From the IMG/VR virus record IMGVR_UViG_3300046694_000619: a stretch of DNA of 64,000 bases. One strand, 5' to 3'. Every line of letters starts with the position of its first letter. The stretch's first letter is position 1. Position numbers and translations under genes: made by a program. Under the pieces are notes generated by a model that did no database searches, had not been told where the DNA came from, and saw only the letters and a program-made list of their open reading frames with translations. Below, piece after piece: positions 48,106 to 57,510 of the stretch. The DNA is from a virus (lineage: Duplodnaviria; Caudoviricetes).

Positions 48106-48606
48106 ATGTTTGAACCAATGGCGGCCGCGACTCGCGCGATTCAGTTGGCGCGCGCCGGCACACCCCTATATTTCGAAGATGGACCAGTCGGAGACATCGA
48201 ACGCGATGCGCTCGCCGAAGGTCTGCCGCTTTGGCTCGAGGCCAAGGCAGGGCATCTGTATCTCGCTGCAAATGCTTCGTGGCCCGGCCTGTTCAAACTC
48301 GGATGCACCCGTCGGAGCATTGCGTCACGCATGCGTAGCTTGAGCGGCGCCGGAGTTCCGACACCATGGGTGGCGGCACATACCTGGACTGTGCACGACG
48401 CCCATGGGCTGGAAGCGCTGGTGCATCGGGAGTGCGAGCAGTGGCGCGTCGAAAAGGAACTGTTTCATGCGCCGGTGACAACTCTAATTGCGACTGTTGA
48501 TTCAGTTGTCGCTCGAGAACGCGAAGCCCTCACAAAAGAGCTGTCGTTATACCTTCCTCAGAAATTCATGGGGAGCCTGCAGCCGCTTACGGATGAGCAA
48601 ATATAG
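48106..48606 (+). CDS. T5orf172-domain (GIY-YIG-like) protein
   Basis: GHLYLAAN..WPGLFKLGCT.R....RMRSL...GVPTPW...LEALVH. Confidence 0.8.
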   Translation: MFEPMAAATRAIQLARAGTPLYFEDGPVGDIERDALAEGLPLWLEAKAGHLYLAANASWPGLFKLGCTRRSIASRMRSLSGAGVPTPWVAAHTWTVHDAHGLEALVHRECEQWRVEKELFHAPVTTLIATVDSVVAREREALTKELSLYLPQKFMGSLQPLTDEQI

Positions 48607-48611
48607 CCGAT

Positions 48612-49100
48612 ATGAACAAGTCGATGTTTTGGCCGCCCCTGGTGATGTTGGCCATTATGGCCGCGATTTTTGCCTTTGCTGAATGGCATCCGACATATCG
48701 GGTGCCACCTGCGGAAAACTTAAAAACAGTGCAGGGTGTGCTGTCGCAGAAGTTGGGAAACTGTGGCCGCGGCGGGGGCTGTATGCAATATTTTGTGGTG
48801 GAGCCTGACGGAGGTCAGCTCACGTTTCGATGCAATTTCCGCTTGTGCGTCAGCTCAGATATAGACGCCTATTTCGGAAAGAATGTTCGTGCCACCGTGG
48901 ATGTGAAACATCCGGACCGTCTTGTTAAGCTATCCGGCGCTACTGACAACCGTGATATTTTCTCGTACGCCGACGCGGAGAAAGTGTATTCCGACAACAA
49001 GGTCGGGACTCGGTGGTTAAACATCAGCCTTATCTCGCTGTTGCTTTTGCTCTTGACTCTGCCGCCGAAGCGGCTGCCCAGAAGAGTTAGCCGACGGTGA
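48612..49100 (+). CDS. membrane protein
   Basis: N- and C-terminal TM helices; AT-richer. Confidence 0.6.
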   Translation: MNKSMFWPPLVMLAIMAAIFAFAEWHPTYRVPPAENLKTVQGVLSQKLGNCGRGGGCMQYFVVEPDGGQLTFRCNFRLCVSSDIDAYFGKNVRATVDVKHPDRLVKLSGATDNRDIFSYADAEKVYSDNKVGTRWLNISLISLLLLLLTLPPKRLPRRVSRR

Positions 49101-49158
49101 TTAGCCATTGAAAAAGCCCAGCAAACTGCCGGGCTTTTGAGGGTACTGATAGGCTAAA

Positions 49159-49809
49159 TCAGTTGAGTACTGTATGCGCCAGAACCATTGCAGCGGGGGC
49201 CGCAAGCTTCACACCGAAAATCCCGAGCATGCCACCAGAAACGGTCTCCATCTTTCTACGCTGGGTTGCATAGAACTGCATCACGAGCTTGGTCGTGAAT
49301 ACTGCCACGATACCGCTACGCATACCGGCGCTTACGATTGCGACGCCGACAACGCGGCAGATAGCTTCACGAAGGTCGGGCGAAGAGGACGCGGAACCGA
49401 TGAATAAAGTTGAAAAAAATAGTATCGCTTGGGCATTGAAAGCACCCGCAGTGAAGCCCAGCCGGTAGGCTAGGCTCAACGAGAGGTTGCCGGACGTTTT
49501 CTTGGCTTCCTGCGGCAGTTGAACCGCTTTCTGCTTAAGAACGAGACGCAGACCGCTATAGATGAACCACATCCCACCGAAGAGCGAAATCGCTTTTACG
49601 AGCAGAACGTTTTGCGATACCAGGGCAGCGAGCCCAGCGGTTGCCATCGCGGCGAACATGGTGTCGGCACTGGCCAGTCCGAGTGCGATGAAGAGGCCAG
49701 AACGGCGGCCGTGGGACATCGCGTTCGAGACGGTGAGCACAAAAGATGCGCCCGGCGTCATCACGTTTACTGCGAACAAACCAAGCATCACAAAAAATGC
49801 AAACGACAT
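49159..49809 (-). CDS. LysE/RhtB family translocator
   Basis: TPGASF...GRRSG..ALG, multiple TM helices. Confidence 0.88.
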   Translation of the reverse strand: MSFAFFVMLGLFAVNVMTPGASFVLTVSNAMSHGRRSGLFIALGLASADTMFAAMATAGLAALVSQNVLLVKAISLFGGMWFIYSGLRLVLKQKAVQLPQEAKKTSGNLSLSLAYRLGFTAGAFNAQAILFFSTLFIGSASSSPDLREAICRVVGVAIVSAGMRSGIVAVFTTKLVMQFYATQRRKMETVSGGMLGIFGVKLAAPAAMVLAHTVLN

Positions 49810-50049
49810 TGCTGTATTTCCTTATCCAGATATTTGGCCACATAGCCGAGTTGTGTCAAATCGACATATCGGTATAGGCCGAGACCCGCGCCCAGATTGG
49901 GTCTCCAGGCAATACGCGCGGAAAAGTCGGAAAGTCAGGAGTGGGCGGCCGCGGTCACTCGCACGGCCCCACCGGTTCGGACAGGTTTCCGGGTATGCGC
50001 CGACGGATTGCTCCTATACGACTACAGGAAATAACAACAGGAGCATTCC

Positions 50050-51813
50050 ATGAACAATTTAAATTCGACCAACATGCACGCACTCACGCTTCAGGCGCAC
50101 TTTGATTACAGTTACGTGCCGCGCACGGGAGACAACGCTGAAGGCGCCGATGTCACGGTGGCCTTCGCGACGGACTTCAACACGGCCGGCGAAAAGCTCA
50201 CGAAGCGTAAAGCAGGACCTCGCTATATCGGTATTCCCTTCGGGATTGATGTTTCCGAGGCGGCGGCGCGGCTTGTGGCGTTCATTGTCGGACGCAATGG
50301 CAGCACGCTGAACGTGGCGGGCAACGGCATCTACACGCTCACGGAGCACGGTGTCAATCAGGAGCGGGCCAATGCGTGGGTGCACAGCGTTCTCGCGGCG
50401 GTATCGCGAGGCGTGAAGCTCACGCTCGTTCGCTCAGGCGGGCAGACGGGCATCGACCAGGCTGGCCTGGTGGCGGCCCTCGCGCTTGGCATTCCTGCAC
50501 TGGGCTACTACCCGGCGCGCTTTCGTCGACGCAACGCGCAAGGCACGGAAGTGACGGCTACAGCCGCCGCGATTCGTGCCGAGCTCGAGGTGCAGGCTGA
50601 CGCGCTGAAGAAGAGCAAAGGCTGGGACTTTCACCAGGACGGGTCGCTGCCGACCGAACTCGAGAAGCAGGTCTTCGTGTTCGGCTCTAACCTGGCCGGA
50701 CGTCACGGCAAGGGTGCTGCGGCTGTCGCCAAGGAGCAGTTTGGCGCGCAGCCGGGTGTTGGTCCGGGGCGTCAGGGTCAAAGCTACGGCATCCCCACAA
50801 AGGATGGTCGGCCGCTGCCGGGAATGGAGCGTCCATCGTTCAACGACCCGAAGCAGACCCTCTCCCTGGCTGCCATCAAGCCCTTCGTCGACGATTTCAT
50901 CGAGTATGCGAAAGCACATCCCGATGAGCAGTTCTTCGTCACGCGTGTCGGTTGCGGTCTGGCCGGCTACGAAGACAAGGAGGTCGCGCCGATGTTCGCC
51001 GCGGCACCTTCGAACTGCAGCTTTCCGGAAGACTGGAAGCCGTGGCTCTCGGAGGCTCAGGACGCGCCGAAGGTCGCGCAAGCCATCAACATCTGGAGCG
51101 GTGCTTCGGGGTTGGGCGGCGCGCTGACCAACATGTCGGAGCGGGCGCGGGAGAAGGGCGGCATCAAGCACTCGTATCCCGTGAAGGTCAATGGTGTGAC
51201 TTACCCTGATTCCGAGGCGGCCTATCAGGCGCTGAAGGCTCCGGGTGAGGACGATTACAACGACGGCCTGATGATTGACCTCATCGCGCTGAAGTTCGTC
51301 CAGAACACCAAGCTGTATGACCTCGTGACGAAAAACGGTGGTGTGGCATGGCTGGAAAAATGCAGTCATTTCACGCAGGCTAAATCGGAGCGGTTCCAGG
51401 CCTGGGAAGGTCAGGGACACGGGTCCCGGTTCATCCGGAACCTGATTCACGGCTACGTGAAGGCAAAGACCGGCCGCGGTCCCGTTACCCGGGTCGTGCA
51501 TGTGAAGGAGGCTCCGTTTGACGTCTATATTGGGCGCCAGATGGGTTCGGACTACCCGCACTCCCCGTGGCATAACCCGCACAAGGTCGACAGCTCTCGC
51601 TCGCGCAATACGGCCGTCGCAGACTTCGCCGAAGACTTTTCGGGCAACCAGGAGTTACAGGCTGACGTGTACCTGCTTAAGGGCAAAACCCTGGGCTGCT
51701 GGTGCAAGGACCGCTCTGATGTCAACCGGCTATGTCACGGCGATGTGCTTGCCGCGCGCGCAGACGGGCGAGAATGGGTCGCTCCGCAAGAAGCTCAAGG
51801 CTGTCTGTTCTGA
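50050..51813 (+). CDS. four-domain fusion: SLOG-like + Macro-like + NADAR-like + DUF4326
   Basis: LNVAGN/RSGGQTGIDQAGL; VFVFGSNLAGRHGKGAA...TRVGCGLAG; YPDSEAAYQA...KF; DVYIGR..WHNP...LKGKTLGCWC..CHGDVL. Confidence 0.75.
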   Translation: MNNLNSTNMHALTLQAHFDYSYVPRTGDNAEGADVTVAFATDFNTAGEKLTKRKAGPRYIGIPFGIDVSEAAARLVAFIVGRNGSTLNVAGNGIYTLTEHGVNQERANAWVHSVLAAVSRGVKLTLVRSGGQTGIDQAGLVAALALGIPALGYYPARFRRRNAQGTEVTATAAAIRAELEVQADALKKSKGWDFHQDGSLPTELEKQVFVFGSNLAGRHGKGAAAVAKEQFGAQPGVGPGRQGQSYGIPTKDGRPLPGMERPSFNDPKQTLSLAAIKPFVDDFIEYAKAHPDEQFFVTRVGCGLAGYEDKEVAPMFAAAPSNCSFPEDWKPWLSEAQDAPKVAQAINIWSGASGLGGALTNMSERAREKGGIKHSYPVKVNGVTYPDSEAAYQALKAPGEDDYNDGLMIDLIALKFVQNTKLYDLVTKNGGVAWLEKCSHFTQAKSERFQAWEGQGHGSRFIRNLIHGYVKAKTGRGPVTRVVHVKEAPFDVYIGRQMGSDYPHSPWHNPHKVDSSRSRNTAVADFAEDFSGNQELQADVYLLKGKTLGCWCKDRSDVNRLCHGDVLAARADGREWVAPQEAQGCLF

Positions 51814-51947
51814 TTTAACCCGAGCTCACGCTCTCTCAAGCCCTCTGCTACCCAGCGGAGGGCTTTTTCATTTGTAACAGCACCCCCTCCGTAGTTGCGT
51901 AACGACCAGTTCATGGTATATTAATTCATCATCAATGAAGGAATGCC

Positions 51948-52427
51948 ATGGAACTGTCGTCGCCCATCGACGCGGTAGCCAGTGCGGTGCATCACGCCGC
52001 GCACCTGGGTTTGCCGGACGTCCAGTATCTCACACGCGATTTCGACGCCGCCCGTAACTGGACCGCGGCGCAGCTCGCTGAAGCAACACGAAACAACACC
52101 TATCCGCAGAAAAAGACGGCCCGTCGCCCGGCTGTGCACGAATGCGAAGTGCACGCGATGTTCGCCCAGACCTGGGGCTCCACGGCCCTGGGCTTCGGTG
52201 GTATCGGCGGCGCGGCCATGACACCGGCCTACACCGTGATTATCCGCGGTCCTGATGGCCATCTAGCCGTCTACTTTGGCACGCGGCTCGCGTATGTCGT
52301 CGACTGGAACACGCAAACCGATGCGCAGCGCAAGGCGTTCGATGAAGACCTGGCCAAACGCTGGGTGGTCAACGTCATAGAAGCCGCCAGCCGCTATGGG
52401 GCGGTCGAGGTGCGCCGCCGTGGCTGA
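51948..52427 (+). CDS. hypothetical protein
   Basis: FAQTWGSTALGFGGIGG Gly-rich motif. Confidence 0.65.
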   Translation: MELSSPIDAVASAVHHAAHLGLPDVQYLTRDFDAARNWTAAQLAEATRNNTYPQKKTARRPAVHECEVHAMFAQTWGSTALGFGGIGGAAMTPAYTVIIRGPDGHLAVYFGTRLAYVVDWNTQTDAQRKAFDEDLAKRWVVNVIEAASRYGAVEVRRRG

Positions 52428-52722
52428 GCTGCCGCTTGTCATCTGCGTAGCGCCGGATGCCGACGCTGCCGCGGTAGCAGCAATGCTGGCTGAGCGCTTC
52501 AAGGACGTGGCGCGCGTACAGGTCGTGACGCACATCGCCGAGATTCCCGCGGACCTCCGCGCGCAGTCGGATGTTTTTCCGACTCTGCCGTCGGACGTGT
52601 TCGAACTCGTGCCTCAGTGGCCACAGGACTGTCCGGAACTCGTAACGCTCGAGCGACCGGCCACAACCGCGGGCTACGGTCCGCCGCGCCGCGGCAGGAA
52701 GGGCAAGCCGCTGCGCTGGTAA
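52420..52722 (+). CDS. hypothetical protein
   Basis: GTG start overlapping the upstream stop. Confidence 0.5.
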   Translation: MAELPLVICVAPDADAAAVAAMLAERFKDVARVQVVTHIAEIPADLRAQSDVFPTLPSDVFELVPQWPQDCPELVTLERPATTAGYGPPRRGRKGKPLRW

Positions 52723-52776
52723 CGGCACCGAAGAGCATTTTTTCATATACCAGTTTCAACCCCCTCAAGAACAACC

Positions 52777-53259
52777 GTGATTGACTTCAACTCGATAAGT
52801 GACCGGCACCACGCCTGGGTCGAGCGCATGGGCTGGCACAACAAGACTGTGCTGGAGAGCCTTTCGCTCATTGCCTCCGAAATCGGAGAAGCCGCCGGCG
52901 AATGCCTCGGCGTAATCAATGTCTCGAAGTTCGGCGAAGAGCTGGCCGACATCATCCTGCGCTGCACGGACCTCGCCAAGACCGAGGGCGTGAACCTCAG
53001 CGTCGAGGTCGCCAAGGCCCGCTTCGAATGGGTGGGGCTCACGGCGCTCGAGCGCCTTTCCGAGGTTCTCGTCGACTACGCCAAATGGAGCAACACCGCG
53101 CGCAAGCCACAGCTTGGCCCGGACTTCGGTGAAGCCATGGGCCGCGTAGTCGCGCGCGTCATCGACATCGCCGAGACCTACGGCATCGACCTGCACAAAG
53201 AAGTGCAACTCAAGTTGGCAAAGAACGAAGTAAACGGCACGCGTGGCCGCCCCATCTGA
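52777..53259 (+). CDS. MazG-like nucleotide pyrophosphohydrolase
   Basis: LIASEIGEA...EELADIILR; second degenerate repeat ending GIDL..EVQLKLAKN. Confidence 0.8.
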   Translation: MIDFNSISDRHHAWVERMGWHNKTVLESLSLIASEIGEAAGECLGVINVSKFGEELADIILRCTDLAKTEGVNLSVEVAKARFEWVGLTALERLSEVLVDYAKWSNTARKPQLGPDFGEAMGRVVARVIDIAETYGIDLHKEVQLKLAKNEVNGTRGRPI

Positions 53260-53270
53260 AGGAGTCTCAC

Positions 53271-53921
53271 ATGCAAAAAGTAGTTGGATTGGTGGGCCTT
53301 CGCGGCTCGGGCAAGGACACGGCTGCCGGGTTTCTTGTCGCGCAGGGCTGGCATCGCATCGCGTTCGCAGATGCCCTCTACCTCGAAGTCGCCAACACGT
53401 TCGGCGTAACGCTCGAGTTTCTGTCGCGCCGGGAAACGAAGGAAACGCCGCTGCCAGAGCTGGCGCTTGTGAACTGCAAGGACCAGCTCTTCATCGCGGT
53501 CATGCTGTCGATTGCAGGCCTGCGCCTTGGCCACGACACCCGCAAAATTACGGCCTTCCTGCGCAAGCCGCGTAGCCCGCGGCAAATCATGCAGTACTGG
53601 GGCACGGAGTACCGTCGCCAGACATTGCGCGACGATTACTGGCGCGCGCAGGTCGCAGACTTCATTCACGCCCATCCGACGTGGAACTTCGTCATCACCG
53701 ACGTGCGCTTCCCGGACGAGGGTAAGCTGGTCGAAGGCGAGCTCAAGGGCGAGCTTGGCCGTATCAACCGCCCGGAGCTACCCGGCTCGAACGACAAGGC
53801 GCTGATGCACTCGTCCGAAGTCGCCATGCTCTCGTACCCCATCAAGAAGGAATTCACCAACGAAGAGGGCGTCGCGGGACTGGCCCGCTTCCGCCGCGAA
53901 GTGCTTCGCGCCTTCCACTAA
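53271..53921 (+). CDS. deoxynucleoside monophosphate kinase (phage type)
   Basis: GLRGSGKDT, FADAL, PRQIMQYWGTE, VITDVRFPDE, HSSE. Confidence 0.9.
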   Translation: MQKVVGLVGLRGSGKDTAAGFLVAQGWHRIAFADALYLEVANTFGVTLEFLSRRETKETPLPELALVNCKDQLFIAVMLSIAGLRLGHDTRKITAFLRKPRSPRQIMQYWGTEYRRQTLRDDYWRAQVADFIHAHPTWNFVITDVRFPDEGKLVEGELKGELGRINRPELPGSNDKALMHSSEVAMLSYPIKKEFTNEEGVAGLARFRREVLRAFH

Positions 53922-54032
53922 CGCAGGTTCCCGAGCCCACCCGCGCGGTGGGCTTCTTTTTGATGTAAGCAAGTTGTCACTTACGGGCCTAATCAGTATA
54001 CTAAGCCTTACAGCACTACCCTTGGTCCATCC

Positions 54033-54440
54033 ATGTTCAACCTCAATCAACCGAATACCGGCAGGCCGGCGCACATCTCAGGCGCGAACCAGTCATCCCA
54101 GTTTCTACAGGCCGCAAAGGCCTTGCCGTGCTGGCGCACCATGCCTTACCGGTCCGTCGAAGTGTCGTTCCCGGAAGGCAGTTGCTTCCAGCTGCGCGCC
54201 TCGGACCTTGCCATCAAAGCCACCAGCCGCATCCTGATTCCCGGCGGCGAGCCCATGATGCATCTCCTGGTGCAGGTGGTACCCCTGCTACGCGAGCGCC
54301 CCGAGTTCCTCATCGAAGTCGCATCCGGGCTGAGCTGGCCGGAGCTGTGCGAGCTGGCCTGCGATGCATTCTGGCGCTCCCCTTGCACCGTGCTGGCACA
54401 GCAGTTCGGCAGGAAAGCGAAGCTTAGCCTGCACGCTTGA
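54033..54440 (+). CDS. hypothetical protein
   Basis: 135-aa ORF. Confidence 0.45.
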   Translation: MFNLNQPNTGRPAHISGANQSSQFLQAAKALPCWRTMPYRSVEVSFPEGSCFQLRASDLAIKATSRILIPGGEPMMHLLVQVVPLLRERPEFLIEVASGLSWPELCELACDAFWRSPCTVLAQQFGRKAKLSLHA

Positions 54441-54458
54441 CACGTATTGCAAGAACGC

Positions 54459-54487
54459 TTGACAGTTAACTATTAAATCCATATAAT
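54459..54487 (+). promoter_or_regulatory. perfect consensus sigma70 promoter
   Basis: TTGACA (54459-64), 17-nt spacer, TATAAT (54482-87). Confidence 0.85.
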
Positions 54488-54493
54488 GTGAAA

Positions 54494-54617
54494 CATGAAT
54501 TCGGTAAGTTAACTGGTTTTCCTCCGTGGTCGGCAACGACTAGGTCAACAGGATTGAGCAGGGTGCTCTCCTTGCGACTTTCGCCCGATGAGTGTTGAGC
54601 TCATCGGGCTTTTTTTT
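54494..54617 (+). ncRNA. candidate small RNA (about 125 nt)
   Basis: Lies between a consensus promoter and a 10-bp-stem U8 terminator; no meaningful ORF; internal hairpins. Confidence 0.65.
54583..54617 (+). terminator. intrinsic terminator
   Basis: gcccgatgag-tgttgag-ctcatcgggc-tttttttt. Confidence 0.85.
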
Positions 54618-54619
54618 GC

Positions 54620-54907
54620 CTAGACCGCCTTGCCGTTCTTCACCTTTGCCTTGAATGCGCTGCCCGCGGTGAACTTCGGCGCCGTCGAGGCTGGAATCAC
54701 CAAAGCCTCGCCGCTGTTGGGATTGCGCCCGGTGCGCGCGGCGCGACTCGTGCGCGAAAACGCACCGAACCCCACGACGTTGACCTGCCCGCCGGCGGCG
54801 ACCGTGTCGCTGATGGACTCGAACACTGCGTCGACGACTGCCGCGACGACCTTGGTGGATTGACCGGTCTTCTCCGCGACCTGCACGACCAATTCAGATT
54901 TGTGCAT
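54620..54907 (-). CDS. HU family DNA-binding protein
   Basis: MHKSELV...GFGAF...RAARTGRNP..GE...IPA...PKF.AG. Confidence 0.95.
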   Translation of the reverse strand: MHKSELVVQVAEKTGQSTKVVAAVVDAVFESISDTVAAGGQVNVVGFGAFSRTSRAARTGRNPNSGEALVIPASTAPKFTAGSAFKAKVKNGKAV

Positions 54908-55028
54908 GAAAATCTCCTTGCATCACTCGGACTGTTAACGATGTTAGTCGTTGACGCATATGTATCACGAGACCACGCGCTATACAAGAATGCAGTGGTT
55001 TTCGCTGCTTCTACGAGAGGAAACAGTT

Positions 55029-55154
55029 ATGTTCAATGATGATTACGGTGTGGATGTGAACGCTTTCGTTGCAACGCTCGACCGCCGTGAAGCGGCCCAA
55101 GCAGCGTTCGAGGATGCGGACACCGACAATAATCACGAAGACGACGACGAATAA
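55029..55154 (+). CDS. 41-aa acidic micro-protein
   Basis: GAGG RBS, CTATAC motif upstream, terminator downstream. Confidence 0.5.
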   Translation: MFNDDYGVDVNAFVATLDRREAAQAAFEDADTDNNHEDDDE

Positions 55155-55222
55155 CGTCTCCAGTCGCCAAACTCTCCCAGAACCCTCCCGATTTTCGGAG
55201 GGTTCTTTTTTTTGTCCGTGCG

Positions 55223-55672
55223 TCAGACGTTGAACCGTTCTCGGCAGGCCTGGACCGCTGTCACAGCCTCATCCGGAAGGCCGGCTGGCAGCTTGGCCAC
55301 CCGTGCCGAGAACGCCGCCAGCGACCGCGGAGCACAGCCCTCTTCGAGCAGCGCCGCGAATCCTGCGCTTTCGCCATGCAGGTGCAGCTCGTCAAAGTTG
55401 CCATCGGAGTCCAGCTCGAACCACGCCAGGTCTACAAGGGTGCACTCGAGCGCGCGACATACGGCTTCCGCGTAGTCCAGCGCGCCATTGGTAACGCTGA
55501 CACCCGGGTTTTGCGGGTGGTCGGCCAGCAGACACCAGCCCAGGCCACCGCTACGAGCGATGACAGCCGTCACGCCTGGTCGCCCGCTGTGCGCGCCGTC
55601 GAGTCGCACGTTGTGCCGTATCGGCGCCGCAATGTTTTGTCGCAAAAAGTGCTGTATCGAAACTGTCGGCAT
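55223..55672 (-). CDS. hypothetical protein
   Basis: AAGGAGG RBS; NPGVSVTN motif. Confidence 0.65.
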   Translation of the reverse strand: MPTVSIQHFLRQNIAAPIRHNVRLDGAHSGRPGVTAVIARSGGLGWCLLADHPQNPGVSVTNGALDYAEAVCRALECTLVDLAWFELDSDGNFDELHLHGESAGFAALLEEGCAPRSLAAFSARVAKLPAGLPDEAVTAVQACRERFNV

Positions 55673-55817
55673 GGAGCCCTCCTTAACGGAAAGTCTATCA
55701 CGATGGTGGGCCAGTTGAGCCTATACAAAGAGCAGGCAATATATATCGTGAAATGCGCGTTTACATAGATGGCAGTCGCTGTCGATGTCTGCACGCGCGA
55801 AAAATACGGAGTGAATC

Positions 55818-56639
55818 ATGGAAAACGCAGAACGTGTTGAGAAAGTCACCACCCCCGACTGGTACGACCTGCTGGTGGATGCTGTGCACGAGCCGGGTCA
55901 ACTGGCGGCGGCACATCAGTTTTTCCATCAATACAGTCTGGCCAATCGCTGGCTGGCGAGCACGCAGCTCCGCGCTGCCGGCTTGCCGCTGATTCCCATC
56001 AATACCTTCAAAGGCTGGCTCAACGCCAAGCGTCCGGTACAGAAGGGGCAGAAGGCTAGCATCGCTCTCATCATGCCGGTGCCCATTCGGGCCAAGAAGG
56101 ACGAGGACGACGGTGATGAGAAGGGCAAGGGCGCGGTGAAGTTTACCAAGTTCATGCTCCGCAGCAACTGGTTCCACCTTAACCAGACCGCCGGCGAGGA
56201 GTACAAGCCGGAAGAAGTCACACGTGGCGACTGGAATCTGGCGTCGGCTTACGATTTCCTGGAAATCAAGGAGTCGCCGTTCGAGTTCACGAGCGTTTCG
56301 GACATGCGTCTGGGCTGGGCGAAGGGGAAGGAAATCGCAGTATCCCCGCTCGAAGTCCATCAAACGTATGGCCGTCTGCGGGAAATGGCGCGCGTTCTTC
56401 TCGGCCATACCGCGGAGGAGCCTGCCAAGTCGGTTCCGCAGGAGCAGGCAATGCGAGACATCGAGGCTGACACCGCAGCATACCTGTGCGCGGCGACTCT
56501 CGGTATCTCGGGTCTGGAAGAAGCTCGCTCGCGCCTGCAGGTGAATCTCGCCGACGGCGCCAAGCTTCGTATTCCGGACAAGTGCGCACATCGTGCGTTC
56601 TCGGCCGCGGACAAGCTCATCAACGCCGGCTACTGCTGA
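55818..56639 (+). CDS. ArdC-like ssDNA-binding/antirestriction protein with a degenerate metalloprotease motif
   Basis: FHQYSLANRWL, TFKGW....R.V.KG.K N-domain; LREMARVLLGH where HExxH is expected; DIEADTAAY. Confidence 0.75.
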   Translation: MENAERVEKVTTPDWYDLLVDAVHEPGQLAAAHQFFHQYSLANRWLASTQLRAAGLPLIPINTFKGWLNAKRPVQKGQKASIALIMPVPIRAKKDEDDGDEKGKGAVKFTKFMLRSNWFHLNQTAGEEYKPEEVTRGDWNLASAYDFLEIKESPFEFTSVSDMRLGWAKGKEIAVSPLEVHQTYGRLREMARVLLGHTAEEPAKSVPQEQAMRDIEADTAAYLCAATLGISGLEEARSRLQVNLADGAKLRIPDKCAHRAFSAADKLINAGYC

Positions 56640-56711
56640 TAGGTCCATCAAAGCAATCCACTCGACAACCCGATTCGTTCGGGTTGTTTTTTGAATACAC
56701 GGAGATGACCT

Positions 56712-57157
56712 ATGAATGAAGGAATCAATTTCGGCTCAGGCGAGGGTGCATTCGACGCAGATGAGGCATCGTTCTGCCGCGCCGCGCCGCGGCGCGTGAG
56801 CTGCGTGAGGTGCTAGCGCAGCCCAAGTCGTCACAGTTCACCCGCGCACGCTATCCGAAGGAGCCGCTCTATGCGTTGCATCAAAACGCATTGATGGTTG
56901 ACGGTATGTCCCCTTCCGGGCGGAAGGAACTTGCGATTGGCCGATTCGCGCATGCGAAGAAGGCCAGCGTTGGCGAACAAATCACCTGTCCTGGCTGCGG
57001 CACGCTGCAGACGAAGTCGAGCTATCAGCACGTTTTCTGCAAGGACAAGGTGAAGGGCCGCTCGACCTGCAAGGACTTCATCAACAACTGGCTCGACCCG
57101 GTCCGACTCGCGCGCACGCTCGAGAGGCTGGAGCGGGAAGAACGCAAAGCAGCCTAA
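56712..57157 (+). pseudogene. possibly frameshifted Zn-ribbon protein gene (or a short ORF plus the 56810-57157 ORF)
   Basis: GGAG RBS before ATG 56712; removing one of three GCCGC copies (56776-56790) fuses the two frames. Confidence 0.4.
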
Positions 57158-57162
57158 AGGAG

Positions 57163-57423
57163 ATGACCATGAAAGGTATCACGGGCTTTCGCCTGAGGCC
57201 GCTATCGCGCGCGCTTGCACCGGTGGCGCCGCATGACTGGCGGACCTGTACCCAGGCCGAGTGTGAGGTTTGCGACGCGCTGGTGCGTGACGGCACGGTC
57301 ATCAGTTGCGATGGATGCGGGAATCCGGGCCACACCGACGCACCCGGCGGCTGGGTTCGCGCCGAAGACGGTCAGATTTTCTGTGAACCGTGTGCTGTAG
57401 AGCTGGAGGTTGTGGCTACCTGA
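57163..57423 (+). CDS. small Cys-rich Zn-finger protein
   Basis: CEVC, CDGC, H, CEPC. Confidence 0.55.
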   Translation: MTMKGITGFRLRPLSRALAPVAPHDWRTCTQAECEVCDALVRDGTVISCDGCGNPGHTDAPGGWVRAEDGQIFCEPCAVELEVVAT

Positions 57424-57510
57424 GAGGGAGCGTCGCAAGACGCGTTTTGGATAGTCAGACAGCATCATTTAACCACTGCGGCACGCCGCATCGCTACGTA
57501 GGAAGCTCAC

